A stretch of DNA of 64,000 bases from Octopus sinensis (GCF_006345805.1 NC_043003.1:40176001-40240000); one strand, 5' to 3'. Positions 1 to 14,390 are shown, counted from the stretch's first letter. The notes: generated from the sequence alone by a model not told the origin. Program-made: numbers and translations.

Positions 1-161
1 GCTACATAAGTTTGAACTGGACTGACCTTCAGATGGACAGGTAAACCAGAATTTATTTGTTACCAGACATATGGTTAGCCTTACAACATAACAGAACCTC
101 AATAAAACTGTCTGCTCTGCTAGAAATAGCAGACTTATACATACATATCTGTGCATTTCTT

Positions 162-193
<32 letters not shown>

Positions 194-3100
194 GTGGAGT
201 ACCCCTCGTTAAGTAATTATTACTTCCCAAGTTCTGCTAGTTAGAAATCCTCAAGGCAACACCTGCTTAGTAAGCAAGAGAGAAGCAGGTGTAGATGTGA
301 AGCTATATACATGAATAAATATAACACCTTTGTGACATGGCCAAGTAGTTTCAACGCTTACGAAACTAGAAACAGCAGGTGGAAATGAGAGAAATTTAAA
401 CATCGCGTTGTGGTTCTTTCTGTAATGGCCGGTTAAAATTATATAAAAAACTGAATTATCGAGAGAAGCGAAAACAAGAAGATAAAAGCACATTTATATC
501 AGAAATCAGAGTGCACATTAATATTTAAATTGTTAAGTTTGAAGTAGGGTTAGGGTAACTGCGACTTGACATATGTGTTAGCCTTACGAGTCAACGACAA
601 AACTTCGATATGATCGCTTGTCCTATAAGAAATAGCAGCTAAATCTCCATCAAATTATACACACACACAAAAAAAAACCCTGGATAAAATGATGGGCTGT
701 GTAGTCGTTCTCAGAACGAAGTCATTTAGTATGTTCTGTAACACACGAGTGTCGGTTACATTAATTACTGTCCACCTCTCTAGTCACACTGGTCATTAAT
801 TATGAGACCATGCGATGACCACACCACATAGCCCTCTTCTAAATTTCTCCCCACTACCATTAACTGTCACAACATCCCTACTTCTGCTGATGGTGACACC
901 ATATGCCAATTGTAACTGCTAGTTGGTTAAAGTTATCAAACTGTACGAAATCAGGTGTAAAACATTCTACACTCACAAATAAATCTTTTTACTCAAGTGA
1001 CCACTAGGATAAACTAAACAGGATTAATTACAGTTTCATGGTACATTTTATAGACATAAAACAACACTAGGAATTTTGCAGATATTTGAGGATTCCACAC
1101 GTTTTAACTCCACGAAGCCATCGCTTCAGTCCGTGATTACTAAGACTAATGAATTTGACTTACTCTTTTACAGTATATTTTATAAACAATTATAAACACT
1201 TTAGAATCTTTGTGGATATTAGAAGAATCCGGCACGTCGTTTCTAAACGATCTCTTGTCTTGCATAGGAGGTTATGTACGTATTCGACAACCTTACCCAA
1301 TCAATTTTATAATCAACCACGCATAGCAGTTACAAGTAGCCGATATAGCGAAAATGAGTCAATGAGAAGGCCACAGAAGAGCGACAAAAATTTGATGCTT
1401 CACAAAAGACTATTATTGAAGAATAAGCGACATGTGAACACAATAGCTTTTGTGTGTTCTTACATACCTAACGTGGCTCTTCTAGGATGTAAATGTTTCA
1501 AATCAAATCACTTGTCGAACTAGTACAATTCCAAAACATACAATAATAATAAATTTCTACTTTTAGTTGAAGATCGGCAATTTTTGAGGGACGGGGGAAG
1601 TCGATTAGATCGCCCCAAGTACTCGGTTTTAGTTGAAGGCGAGATAAGAGTCGATGGTCTGTTAAACGAAGCCTATCACCATCGTAAGAGTTAACCTTCG
1701 AGGAACTATAAAGGCCAGGGAATAAAAAGGTTCAATGTTAAGAAATGCCCTCAACATTCGGTCTCCTGGACCTGCCCGTAATCTATCATGGATGGTTAAA
1801 TTTCAGTGCTACTATGCCTAAATAGGTTGATATGCTGGCAGTTGAGAGTGAAATATTTTGCAGGGAGCACCAGTGATGACACAGTTGGATTCTAATCTTT
1901 AACGTAGAGATTATTTTATATCCAAATCAAGACTAAGGGGTATCAGACATAAGCCGCTAAAAATTACGAAGGTACCACCTTACCTTTCACAAGTTGGTCG
2001 AGGAGAACCAGCCGTGTACAACATTAACAGGTTAGCTAGTACGTCAGGACTCAAGAAATATCAACGATCCCCTTACAGTATTAGATTGAGGTGGTAGCTA
2101 CCATGGTAAACCATTTCACATATTGATTTCTACAAGAAGGCTTTCGACCAGTGCAGCTATACACACACACACGAGCCACTGAGGGAGCTTTTGACTAAGT
2201 TGTTCGCCTTCTAGAAATAGTAGTTAATTCTTCTACAAATCTCACATTACTACTTCAAAATAGATAATGTGTATTAATAGATTCTTTTATAATAGAAACT
2301 AACTTCAGAGTGATTTCCTTAAAGAATGGCAAACGACTATCTTTAGAGGGAGCGTAGAGTCAATTGAATCAATACCCTCAATATATTATTGATACTTTAT
2401 TAGATTAACAAAGGTACCATGCTTAGAATATTGAAGCCGAAAGATAGTTTCACTGTATTAGAAACTTACGCATTTATAATCTACTTGCATATTTTTTTTT
2501 TTTCAATCCCACGATTTGAACTCAGATCGTAAATAAACGCAAGGAATCCAGTCCATTCGCCAGCTTTTTATGATGGTTTCAAGTAAAAGCGTAACGAATA
2601 AAATAGAAGCAGCGACACGTGATGTGAATTTCACAAGAATGGACACAACTTAGACGGAGCACCCATAGTTTACAGAATCATTTCTAGGACATCACTGGTA
2701 CTTAATGTTGTTCATTTCTCTCTCGTAACTCGAAGACCAGTTTTGAGCCGAATATATTCTGTTGAGTCTGCTTCTTCCAAGCCACATGCAGACACTTGTC
2801 GCCTGCCATGAAAACCAGCTGACATGTAGACAATGTTGGAAGGAAGTGAGACATTCTAGTCCAACCATTCCAGAAGTATACTGAACATACACACACATAG
2901 ATATATATATGTATATATCCCAATACATATATATATATATACACACACGGATGAATACAGAATATAAATCCAACCTTGAGTATATAAATAAATACATATG
3001 ATATACTTTTAAGATAAACGAAATAGACATATATGTATAAAATATGGAGGGAAAGAGAGACTAGGGGAGGGGAAAAGAGAGAGTTGAGAGACTAAGTGAT

Positions 3101-3230
3101 AAAGAAAAAGAAATGAGGAGACGGTAGAGAAGTGAAACTGAGGGGGAGTGCGACGGAACTCATCCCACTCCTCCCGCCATTGCAACAAGCCGGAGTGGGA
3201 GACAGGATGGGGAAAATAACTAGATATCAC

Positions 3231-3375
3231 CTTCTTCTGTAATGTCATCTACAAATCCCTCCGGGTCACTGAAATTAGGTTCTTCTTCGGCATCATCTTC
3301 GATACCGTTCTGCAAAGTTTTCTCTGCCTTTTTCTTATTTTTCTTCAATTCCGAACCATCGTTGTCGGCCGCCAT
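3231..3375 (-). CDS. eif3b: eukaryotic translation initiation factor 3 subunit B, first coding exon (remainder outside the window to the left)
   Basis: Minus-strand ATG at 3375 translates MAADNDGSELKKNKKKAEKTLQNGIEDDAEEEPNFSDPEGFVDDITEE followed by a phase-1 donor (G|GTGATA). EEEPNFSDPEGFVDDITEE matches the conserved eIF3b N-terminal motif (P-x-F-S-D-P-E-x-F-V-D-D). No exon 2 was recognised in 1-3230. Confidence 0.8.
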
Positions 3376-4750
3376 CGTTGAAGACCTCGTGTGCTACGAG
3401 TCGAAAGGGCGCACGCGTCAAGCACGCTTCCGGTCCTTAACTTCGTTCGGCTTCGTACAAATCCGTTCGACTCGGATTAAAAGTAAATTTTAAAGAATTT
3501 ATTATTATTCTCATTAATATCAGTCTTCTTTTTCCAATATATTTTAAGTTTATTCACTTAGATCAAAGTTAGGTATGAAATAAAAAAAAAAAAGTTGCAA
3601 TCGCTTTGCTTCAAGTTTAGTTACATCGTGAAAGTACGGAAGACCAAAACGAAACAAATAATTTTGTAACCTTTCGAAAGTATTGAATAAACTGTAACTA
3701 AAAAAAAAATCAATGATGATCAGATTTAGACATGATATGGCGTGAACTTTCTATTTATTTCGTTTGGTGCTTATATCTTAATTTTCCTAATTCGATCATT
3801 ATATTTTTATCGATTAATATAATATGAAAGAATTATAACAAAAACGTTAAGTGAAAACACCTCTGCATTTTGACCCTCGCTATCCTCCGTAAATTACATA
3901 TATATATATATATATATATATATTGCATGATTATGCAATGACAGTACGCAGAAGTGACATGTGCTAAGAAGGTATCACTTCGGTTAAACTAATAGTACAG
4001 ATGAACCAGGAAGTGACTGAAGGTAAATTATTATATATTCTCTTCCATCTGTCTTTTCATCTTGTATATAAGAAGCGTGTCTGTACCCTACATGTCCTTT
4101 GTCTGTCCTTGTAACGTCCCCTCTGTGTAAACCTTTTTTATAGGTGAATAAAGAAATATATTATATATTCCCTTACGTTGTGATTGATTTGTAACTTTGA
4201 GAGAAGATCCCACGTTTGGGATAGGTGTATAGTCGATTAAACCGTAATCTTTGGCTGGGACATCGTTTTTTTCTTAGCAAATCATTGAAATTATATTCTC
4301 AGAGACGTCGTCCACATAAAAAAACAACAACAAAAAAACAACGTCTAAGAGACTCAATCAAAACAATGAAAGTAACGTATTTTGCGCTGCACTGGTCCTT
4401 CCACTGCACCAAGGAAAAGTCACGCTGTAGTCAGAGCTTCACCTTGTAACTTAGTACCAAGATCGTTTCAGATTGAAACCTACACGAATGGACCCTCCTA
4501 CACAGAATTGGGCCGGTCAAGAGCTAGTTCGATCCTCCACAATAATCTTATAATAACTCCAGTCATCATCAGCAGTTTTTTCCTAATTTTAGCAGAAGAA
4601 GACAGCACCAAGTGGACAGGTATGTAGTAATTCTCAATGAACCGGGTACCCGATAGTCTACGAAAGCAGAAGACATTTCACTGCCCGCAAAGGCGTTTGT
4701 AACAAAGACGGTGCATTCGATCACCATCGCGGGCACTTTTCCTTTCTAAT
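3376..4750. promoter_or_regulatory. putative shared promoter region between eif3b and slc25a19
   Basis: CpG-enriched relative to flanks. A YY1-like GATGGCGGC overlaps the eIF3b start; ETS-like CTTCCGG (~3427) and CCAGGAAGTG (~4007) are present; candidate plus-strand donors AG|GTATGA (~3572) and AG|GTATGT (~4620). TSS not determinable from sequence. Confidence 0.35.
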
Positions 4751-5839
4751 TATTTGCCAAATGTACACCCAATCTGTATGGGGCACTGGTTTCAACTAAA
4801 GTTGTAAAAACTTAACATCCATTTTTCTGAATGTTACGAGGAAACAAAGTTGGTGGGGGAACTCACTTGTGTGGGCACTCGAACTGGGGTTGTTATTTAA
4901 GGGGAATTAAAGGCGCAAGTGAAGGCCTATATAAAAATATTTCTGAATATAATTTCGGAGGGATATTTACGATACTTTTTACTTAAGCAAGCCTCTCTCA
5001 CTTATTGTGCTGTAATATGTATGATTCTTGGACCGAAACTATTCACATCACTATTATTATATAAGAACTTTGAATTTAGCGCTTCACTTTCGTTTTTATC
5101 AGTCTGCTGTTATAAAAGTGAAAGTGAAGCGCCGAACACCATTATTATATATACATATATACCTTTTATCTTAAACTTGATTCGGCCATACTGGGGCACC
5201 TCCTTAAGTTTTTATTTTTTAGTTTAATGAATGGACCCTAGTACTTATTAATTTTGTGTAACAGCTTGGTACTTAAGCATTTCATATTCTGTCGGTCTCT
5301 TTCGCCGAACCGCTATCTTGTAAACACACCAACACCGGTTGTCTGGCGGTAGTGGACAGACTCAGGCACAGGCATACACACAGGTCTGCTTAAAATTGGG
5401 GCTAGCCTTGGAGTAAACAACGATAAAATATTCCCTCCTTATGTGTGGGCCACCAGTTTCATTGGATTGTTTACTTGCTGCGAAACATTAAACCCTTCAA
5501 TATCTGTATTTTATGTTTTCTGTCTGCAATTCACTCTAGTGTCACCTCTGTTGTTATCTTTATATCTTATATATATATTTGTATGTCTAACTGTCTGTCT
5601 GGCTTTCTATTACTATTCGCTCTTTCGCTGTTTGCGTGTTTGTGCATGTGCATTTAAAATATATATGTAAAAAAAAGTGATTTTCAATGTAGCATGTTAT
5701 AAATGCTGGATCTTTACTTTAGATCCTAAACGCTTTCAGTTTGTTTTACATTTTTGTTCAAATCGGGTACCTTATTATAACAAAGACTACTGTTGCTACT
5801 ACTATTACTAATATGCACACACTATGCGTGCGTGAATAT

Positions 5840-5875
<36 letters not shown>

Positions 5876-6189
5876 GTATAATATAAGGAATAGCTTTTTA
5901 TTTCAACGTAATTATTTCTTTGAAGACATAAACAAAAAAAAAAATGTCCTGATATAGATTATTGGTTCGGGCTGTTCTCCGCTGTTTTGACACAATTAGT
6001 TGACATCTAACATGTGCACGCTTCGTTGAATTTCAACCCCACCACTACCAGAACCCCCCCCCAAATCCCCGATGTTTATGGGGAGAAAGATTGGGCCTAG
6101 TGTATCGATGGGAGCTAGTTACATATGCAAACATGCTGTAGGACTTCGGGTGACACAAGGCTATGCTATAGAAAGCTTATCTGTGAGTG

Positions 6190-6440
6190 CTTACGTAAAA
6201 CTAAAATACAACCATATATGTAATCCTATTCAGCAGGGGATGTGGCCTTAACTCATCTGCTGTGGAATACAGGTCTTCTTGAGTAGAGCAAAGGCACCAG
6301 ATATCTCGATCCTTTGTCATCTCCTGTGTATGGGTCAGTTTCCTAAGATTATCCTTCAGTACTTTGTCCCATCCCTGCGTCTCCATCTTCCATAAGTTCC
6401 ATCCACTTTGTGTGATTGGCGCTTCTTTATGGAGCTGTCT
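6190..6440 (-). mobile_element. RTE-clade LINE 3' fragment
   Basis: WDKVLKDNLRKLTHTQEMTKDRDIW resembles the RTE ORF C-terminus (KTW.EVV..DL..L.L...M..DR..W). Confidence 0.65.
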
Positions 6441-8357
6441 ACATCCACCTGATCATTGGTAAGATCATTAGATAAGAGTGATAGTCAACTGTTTGTCCTA
6501 ACCTTAGTTTTATTAGGGGTCACATAAAATAACTTACCTAAAAGTTCCACATTGTATTGATATTGTAGTTTATCCCCAGGTCATCCTAATCCCTGCATAC
6601 TGTTCTAAATGGCTAAATTAACTTAGACCTGCAATGATATGCTATAAAGCACACAGCTCAGAATCATTAGTTATGTTACATTCACCCAGTATTTAAAATA
6701 ACAGAAACACACCTTGATACTGACGTCTTGAATAATGAGATTATCTAAGATTTCGTTCTTTATTGCAATGACTGTAATTCTAGAGAAGAGTGTGTGTGTG
6801 TTTAATGGGGTGTGGATTAGTGTACTATGGCCACAACCCTTTTCCCCTGACCAGACCACTACAAAAAGAGGGAAAAAAATGTTGTGGTGTGACTAAGTAG
6901 GTGTCCTCCCCCTGTCGACTTTGTTTCCTCAGCGAATATAATTACCTACATCAGCTCAATATACACTGAAACAGAATTATCCAATTGAAATATCTTGACA
7001 TCTTCATCACTCACAGAAAAGCCACAGGTGAAACTAAGATCTTGTCATAATAAAGCATTTATAGACTTTCAGAATATATTAGGCTTGTATGGAACCCATA
7101 CACAAAAGAAAATACCATTAACTTGGAATCAATCCAAAGAAATTCTTTTGGATGAGCTCTACACAACTAAATAGCTTAAAAGATACAATAGATATTGATA
7201 TCAAAGACACTTTATTTACAAACTACTTAATAATAGCACAGAAAATATTACCACACAGCCACATGTTGACTAAAGACAGTAACCAAATACTGATTGAAGA
7301 CGGTATGTAACTAACGTGCAGACCTTTTGTATTCAACTGAGTATGACTTCTCTCACAACTAGGTTATACAAGTGAGAATTGCTGAGAAGGCTTACACAAA
7401 CAGCTAATGTATTCCTAGAAGGTATCAATGGTATCATCATCATCGTTTAGCGTTCGCTTTCCATGCTGGCATGGGTTGGGCAGTTCAACTGGGGTCTGGG
7501 AAGCCAGAAGGCTGCACCAGGCCCAGTCTGATCTGGCAATGTTTCTACAGCTGGATGCCCTTCCTAACGCCAACTACTCCATGAGTGTAGTGGGTGCTTT
7601 TTATGTGTCACCGGCACGGAGGCCAGGCGAGATCTATAATAGAAAACCTATAGTCAGAGATGTTTTCTCCAATCTCGTTTTTTGTCAGATGTATTAAAAC
7701 GACTACCACATTATATAGTCTCTGGTTTCTTTTGATGACAAGAAGTGACTTGAGGGAGATTTGGCTGTTATTTCTAGCGGGTTGAGTGATCACATAAATG
7801 TTCTATTGTTGGATTTTGTATTTAGTGGAGATTGGTTTTTCTCCATTAAATGATATACATTCAAGAAGTGTCTACTTGTAGTATTTAAAGCAGGGGCAGG
7901 GAAACTTTTTAGTGCAGTGGGCAAAAATTTACAAAGAAAAAGGTCCGTGGGTGGATCACAAGTTCTAAGTCTTATATATGTGTAGATCTTGTATATTATA
8001 TATAATATGGTATACATTAATAAAGATAAGTTTAACACATTAATTTAACGCACCACTGAATTTAGGACATATTACTTATGAGGTTTCTATATTTTTCAGC
8101 TAGAGTATAGTTGTGTCTCAACAAAATTTCCATTCAAATAGCAATTACTAGATGAGTTTCTGTTTGAGTCTAACCGTTTTAAGTCATAGTGGAAATGTGA
8201 CCTTTGTTGCAAATAGGCATATGAATATTGTATAAATTTTATAATTGAAAAGTTTACAATATTTTGTACATATGAGCATATCAGCCTGTGGGTGCAATTG
8301 CATCTGCAGGTGGGGGTTTCTCCACTCCTGATTTAAAGAATGAAAGTGTAATATAAT

Positions 8358-8738
8358 AGGAGTGGCTGTGTGGTAAGTAGGTTGCTTACCAACCACATGG
8401 TCCCGGGTTCAGTCCCACTGCATGGCACCTTGGGCAAGTGTCTTCTACTATAGCCTCAGGCCAACCAAAGCCTTGTGAGTGGATTTGGTAGACGGAAACT
8501 GAAAGAAGCCCGTCGTATATATGTGTATATATATATATATGTATGTGTGTGTGTCTGTGTTTGTCCCCCCCAACATCATTTGGTGGTGTGTTTACGTCCC
8601 CGTAACTTAGTGGTTTGGCAAAAGAAACCGATAGAATAAGTACAAGGTTTACAAAGAATAAATCTTGGGGTCAGTTTGCTTGACTAAAGGCGATGCTCCA
8701 GCATGGCCACAGTCAAATGACTGAAGCAAGTAAAAGAC
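8358..8738 (+). mobile_element. tRNA-derived SINE family A (GGAGTGGCTGTGTGGTAAG head), near full length
   Basis: A-box/B-box-like head, (TA)/(TG) middle, CAGTCAAATGACTGAAACAAGTAAAAGAG tail; more than ten related copies in the window. Confidence 0.85.
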
Positions 8739-9380
8739 TAATAGGATTTATATTGTATAGTAATGCCTAGAAGAGAATCTTATTCAATAGGAGGCTCTTC
8801 TCAGGATGTATTTACTCAATTAGTCTAAGTGTATGCTCAAGATCTTAATATTTGCTTCACCTCTCATTATTCAGTTTTGTAAACTTAACTAATTTTTGTC
8901 ATTGACAGTTAGGGAAACAATTCTAGAGAAAATGCAGTGTGCTAAAGGTTAACTGATCCTCCTATTTTTGTTTACATAAAGCCAGAAACTTTTCAGTACC
9001 AATGTACTAACAAACATGTTGAACAAAAGAGTCTGGTCTTGTGTTTTGTTGTTGTTTTGTATCACATAATTTGAAATGTTCTAATTATTTTTGTATTTTT
9101 ATGCTTTTGTAAATGTTTCTGTTCTGGTAGTTGACTATCATTTTTGATCACAGTTAATATTTTTCTCCTTTACCCTTTCATATATATATATATATATAGG
9201 GAGAATTCACAAAAAAAAACAAACAACCAAGACAGGTGGTGTAGACAACAAGCAGATGTATTAGTATAACGCTTGGGAAGTGAAAACGTCTTTTAACGTT
9301 TCAAGCCTATGCTCTTCCACAGAGAGAAACATGGAAAGAAAATAAAGAATGTGTAGTGGTTAGCAATCTATATATATAAA

Positions 9381-10180
9381 CTAGCAGAGATACCCTGCAT
9401 TGCTCGGGATTAAAATGGCATAGTTTGAATATATATTACAGTTATGTTGAAACAAGTTAGATGGGAAAGTGTAGCATTGATGAGAAAGCATTTGAGAAGT
9501 AAATAATGGACTAATTCGACTAAGTGACGTGTCATGCGTCCGTTTGGAGTATTCCAGGCCCTAACTTGTCATGGAAAATTGGGGGTAGTGGGTATGCGCA
9601 TACCTTTGCTGGTCTTGAAAGACTCATCTCGCTTCTGTCTTAAGACTCAGCTTGATGTGTTGTGGCATGCCTGTACTGATCTTAGGAAAGTCTAATTTCA
9701 CTTCTCTATTGAGACTCCATCAATTTAAGGGTAAATATGTAATTGTGAATACTTTGCAATTGCTGCAATAATTATGAACTGGTTGTTGAACAGTATATTT
9801 ATATACCTTGGACCTGCATCTAATTGTATTTTGTCAAGAATTTCACCTCCAGCCATTCGTTATGTCATTCAATACACATACAATGACACAGCATTCTACT
9901 GTTGTGGCAGTGAAGACGGAAAGTTGCCGATGCATAATGTTGTTCACATTAGGATATAAATTGTTTATTTATTCATCACAGTAGAACTAAAAATAAAAGA
10001 ATAAAAGCATAACAATATTACGGGTTTAGAATGAAAAGTGAAACAATATTATATGACATTTAGTATATATAAATCACACTATGAATAGTGAAACAATATT
10101 AGTACGACATTTAGTATATATAAATCACAGTAAGTGAAACAATATTATATGACATTTAGTATATATAAATCACAGTATAT
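9381..10180 (-). mobile_element. Helitron-derived segment (3' end at 9381)
   Basis: Minus strand reads hairpin CCCGAGCAATGCAGGG then CTAG|T; includes a 3-copy ~47-bp tandem repeat at ~10038-10178. Right boundary uncertain. Confidence 0.5.
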
Positions 10181-12718
10181 TCTTTTCTACTCTAGGCAAA
10201 AGGCCTGAAATTTTTGGGGGGGCGGGGGGGGGGGGGCTCAGTTGATTAGATTGACCCCAGTATACAATTGGTACATGATTTATCGACCCCGAAAGGAAGA
10301 AAAGCAGAGTCGACCTCGACAGAATTTGAACTCAAAACGTAAAGACAGACAAAATACTGCTAAGCATTTCACCTGGTGTGCTAATGTTCCTGCCAGCTTG
10401 CTGCCTTATGTGTGTGTGTATATTGACTAATGCATTCATTTCCACAGTTCTCAACCGATTTTCACCAAACTTTACACACACATTACTTATGTCCCAAGGA
10501 TGGTTATGCACTATAACAGCTTGCCCAGAGTTCCCATGTAAATGGACAAACCGGGAAAAGTGGCAGTTTACATGGGTTTTTCTCTTAATTTGTTGTATGT
10601 ACATAGTTTTTTGTATGTAGGGTCTTCCATACTTTTTTAGTCTATATGGTCGTATATCGGCATTAGAGAATAATTTTTTAGTGGTTTTCCACAGTTTTTT
10701 GATTTCTTATTTATTTATATGTTGTAATTGTGTATTATTACTTGGTTACAGAATATAAAAGTGAAAGGATTTTGTCTATTCATTTCAACTGGCCACCTGT
10801 GATAGTGATTAAATTGACTAGGAACATTGTATGTGATGAATACCCAATACCAAACAATCTTAATCTAAATACTTAAAATGCATTAAACTTTGGTAAGCTT
10901 ACCATTACCTATTCTGAGTTACTTGAAAGGTGATGTTCCTTTCCCTCTCTTCTATTTGTTGATACCTTTGTTTACTTACCAATGCATTGTTTCACTTTAA
11001 GGATGCTTATTTACCCATCCATTATGATATGCGACCTCTTTTCACTGAACTGCTAAAGATTCAATGCAGAATTCATGAATTGAAGTCAAACTCTTCATGT
11101 TTTCAGTTTTCGTTACCTGAAGTCAATTTCTGAGTGGTTGTACACTGTAAGCACATAGCAAATAAATTCCTTTACTTTTTCAAGTAGGTATTATATTGCC
11201 ATTTTTGAACATACCAATCATACTTCTCTCCAAAAAAATAGCTCCCTTTGCTATTGAATAAAATTAACTTGCAGAGGCAAAGTTTCAACGTCTTCCTAGA
11301 ATTTCCTTACACCATTTATATGGCTGTTTTTGACAAGAAATTTCGTTTTCATGTAAAACAACTATATTTTGTAGTCATTATCCATAATCTACTCTCAAAA
11401 CACTTCAGTAGTTCTACTTTGCATTTCTTGCAAACTGATATGTTCTGTGATCATTAGAGTGCAATGACCCTCACAATAACCAGCCTTCAATTTGGTTTTC
11501 TGTTCCTAAATTAATCAGAAACGTAGGTTGCCGTGCTACTCACAAACCTTTTTGGTAGTTCAATTATTTGTTGAAAAAAAATATCACCAAAGCAACTTAA
11601 ACTGTCCAAAGGATGGGTGCATTTGCTAGTTACAATATAGATCCTATTCTTTCACTTTTCACACATAATACCAAACCAGTTCCAATGTTATATTGTTTTA
11701 ATCAATATGAAAAAAAAAAAAAAATTGCATGTTGATACTCATGAGGTCTAATGCTATTACCTTGTAAAATTTTCTTCGATTTGGTGAAGCTGTTTGAGAA
11801 TGCACAGGGAATATACAGACAGACAAAGAAAGGAAGTCAATTTGTAGACAGAACTTACAAACCTCATTTGAGCATATAAAGCTCTAGAAGAAAGTTGCTT
11901 GAGTGAAAAAAAAAAAACTTGAGCCACTTTAGGATAGCTTTTTTTTTAATGCATGACTGCTCAGTGGTGTGGTTGAAATCTCATTGGTTAGTAATAAAGG
12001 CTTATCGGATGTATATAGCCCACAGCAGTCATACATACACATGCATGATGACATGCATAATGTTTTCTGATAGGAGAAATGTAAATAGTGCATTTAAATA
12101 GGAGTGCAAATAATTTTCAAAAAGTAATGTTGTAAGGAGAATGTACAAATACTGTAAAGACAAAGATATTTATGCACAACAAAATTGAAATATGCTGAAG
12201 TCGACTTTTAGGCAGATGTGGCAAAACTGAATTTAAACATACTGGGTGAACAAAGATTTAAAATAACTAAATTATTTTTCAGGGAGAATGTACAAAAACG
12301 ATAACAAGAGATTTTTATGCACGACTAATTGAAATACACAGAAGTCAGTTTGTAGACAGAAGTGTGTGAATGAGTTAAAGTGAGAGAGAGAGAGAGTGAA
12401 AGAAACAGACATAGACTAAAAGAGAGGAACTATTACAGAGGGTGAGAGAGAATATGTGTAAGCAAGAGAAACAGAGAATGAGAAGAGAGAAATAAACAGG
12501 GAGAGAAAAGGGAATCGGTTGAAAAGTGCAGAAGTTTTTAGAGAAAAACCCCTGTAAAACATCGTTTTTACAAATTTCTTGCTTTTTGCAGGAGCTCTGG
12601 GCAAAACGTTACAGTGCATGACCATCCTTGGCAAATAAGTAATGTGTGTGTAAAGTTTGGTGAAAATTGGTTGAAAACTGTAGAAATGCATATGTACTAC
12701 ACACACACAGACATCCTT

Positions 12719-12767
<49 letters not shown>

Positions 12768-12881
12768 TATAATGTCTGTATATGAAATAACTCTCATCGT
12801 GTATAATATTTGTTTCTTTTGTTACAGAATTCGTTTCTCTGACTCCATGTGCGTTGGATCTATATATCTGCTGTTTTATCA

Positions 12882-13010
12882 ATGGTTGGCTACAACCCTA
12901 ATCAAGACCATCGCCTGACGTATTTCGATTATGCTTTTGCTGGTGCCCTTTCAGGAGCTGTCTCAAGACTCCTTCTGCAACCCTTGGATGTTGTCAAAAT
13001 CCGATTACAG
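12882..13010 (+). CDS. slc25a19: mitochondrial thiamine pyrophosphate carrier, coding exon 1
   Basis: MVGYNPNQDHRLTYFDYAFAGALSGAVSRLLLQPLDVVKIRLQ: typical MVGY start and carrier signature P-x-D-x-x-K-x-R. Acceptor TTACAG ends at 12827; donor CAG|GTCAGT. Confidence 0.95.
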
Positions 13011-13439
13011 GTCAGTTATCTTTACATCCTTATGTTAACAGTGATGGTAATCTTCATCATTATGCTTCTTTTAAACCTTTGTTGGTTTACATGGGATGTA
13101 TCTCCTATACAATATATTGCTATCCACCTCAGTATCTCAACTTTTTTGCAATCTGACCATGACACTTCTTACTATATTTGATTTTTTAAAATATTTTCTC
13201 AATCTAGAGGAACAGGCAAAGCTTATGTCCTTTGCACACCATCCAAGACTGATGAGTTTGTTGCCATTATTGTTTCATTTAACCCATTAGCATTTAAATA
13301 TTCCGTATCCAGCCAAAATATTCTACCCGTTTTATGTTCAAACAGGACAGATCTGGTTTCTCACCTCTACCCTGCGATGTTATTCTAAAAGTAGATAATC
13401 ACATCAAAATCCCATAACTATGAAATAATACACAAATGA

Positions 13440-14390
13440 TTTTTAAAAACTGGAATAGATAAGCATCACCTTTGACGGTAATCTGAATGCTAAATGGTTA
13501 AACTGTCACAGGTCAACACTGGCAAGAAAGTCATGATCAGGGCTGATGTTCTGAAGAGGAAGAACTCAACATAGTGGTTAGTGAGGAAGTGGGGAGTAGG
13601 CAGTGTAGATGCAACAAGAATGATGAGAGACAAGTAGATTTGAGGGGCCTGAGTAGTGGAGGTATGTGACCATCCAGAAGTCTCATACCTCCAGAGACCC
13701 ATTGTAATTGCAGTAGAAACGACAGAGAAGAGATAGCATGCAAGTAGGCCTGAGATTTGTATCTGTTAGTGATTGAATGCCAATCATTTGAGTAGCACTT
13801 CTCAGCATGTTGTTTAGGATGTCAGTGTAGTTCTCCTCTTCTACTTAATGCTATGAAGACAGAACCTATGCTGCAGATTTTTAAAGCTCCTAGTAGCTTT
13901 CACAGACCCACTGAAATTGGTGCTGCTAAGGTTTGACTTAAATTCTTACAAGTCAGCAGCTGCAGGAAAACAGGTGCGGTGAGAGAATTTCAGAAGATTA
14001 ATATTCCAGAAAAGAAGGATTGGGCATAGTTGTAAAACAAGAGATAGAGGGCCTGTGGATTTTACACAAAGGGAGGGAAGAATAATTCAGGGGTGCCTGA
14101 GTGGAGGTGGGATGAAACCAGCAAGTTCCTAGGAGTATGGCTACTGTAGTGTTATTGCAAAAGGAAGAGAATGGAGGCAGTATGTCTGTGGGTTAGTGCT
14201 TGAAGTATGTTATTGAGTGACTTCATTTCAATCAGTTGAATATCTTTTTCTCTGGGTGACATTTCTCAAATACACATCACAATAATGGTATGAACATGAA
14301 ACCTGTCAGCTGAGAGGACCAGTCTGTCTTCTATTGGCTTGACTTGATCTGACCTAACCTGTTGCAAATAGTGATGGCTAAGAATTTCTG
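13440..14390 (-). mobile_element. degenerate LINE remnant (CR1/L2-like) in intron 1
   Basis: Fragments such as PPLLRPLKSTCLSSFLLHLHC resemble LINE RT C-termini; many stops and frameshifts. Confidence 0.4.

Noticed and set aside
1-3230. eIF3b exon 2 (expected ...DGIDSVIVVDNVP...)
   Set aside because: No matching peptide was found in the minus-strand frames; the ORFs at 251-493 and 2692-3030 do not resemble eIF3b.
14305-14365. Possible TPP riboswitch in an intron of the TPP carrier (CTGAGA...GACTTGATCTGAC)
   Set aside because: Only fragments resemble the aptamer. The GCG-N-AGG 3' core and P1/P2 pairing are missing, and the stretch lies in a LINE remnant. An Infernal search with Rfam RF00059 over 3.4-24.4 kb would be decisive.
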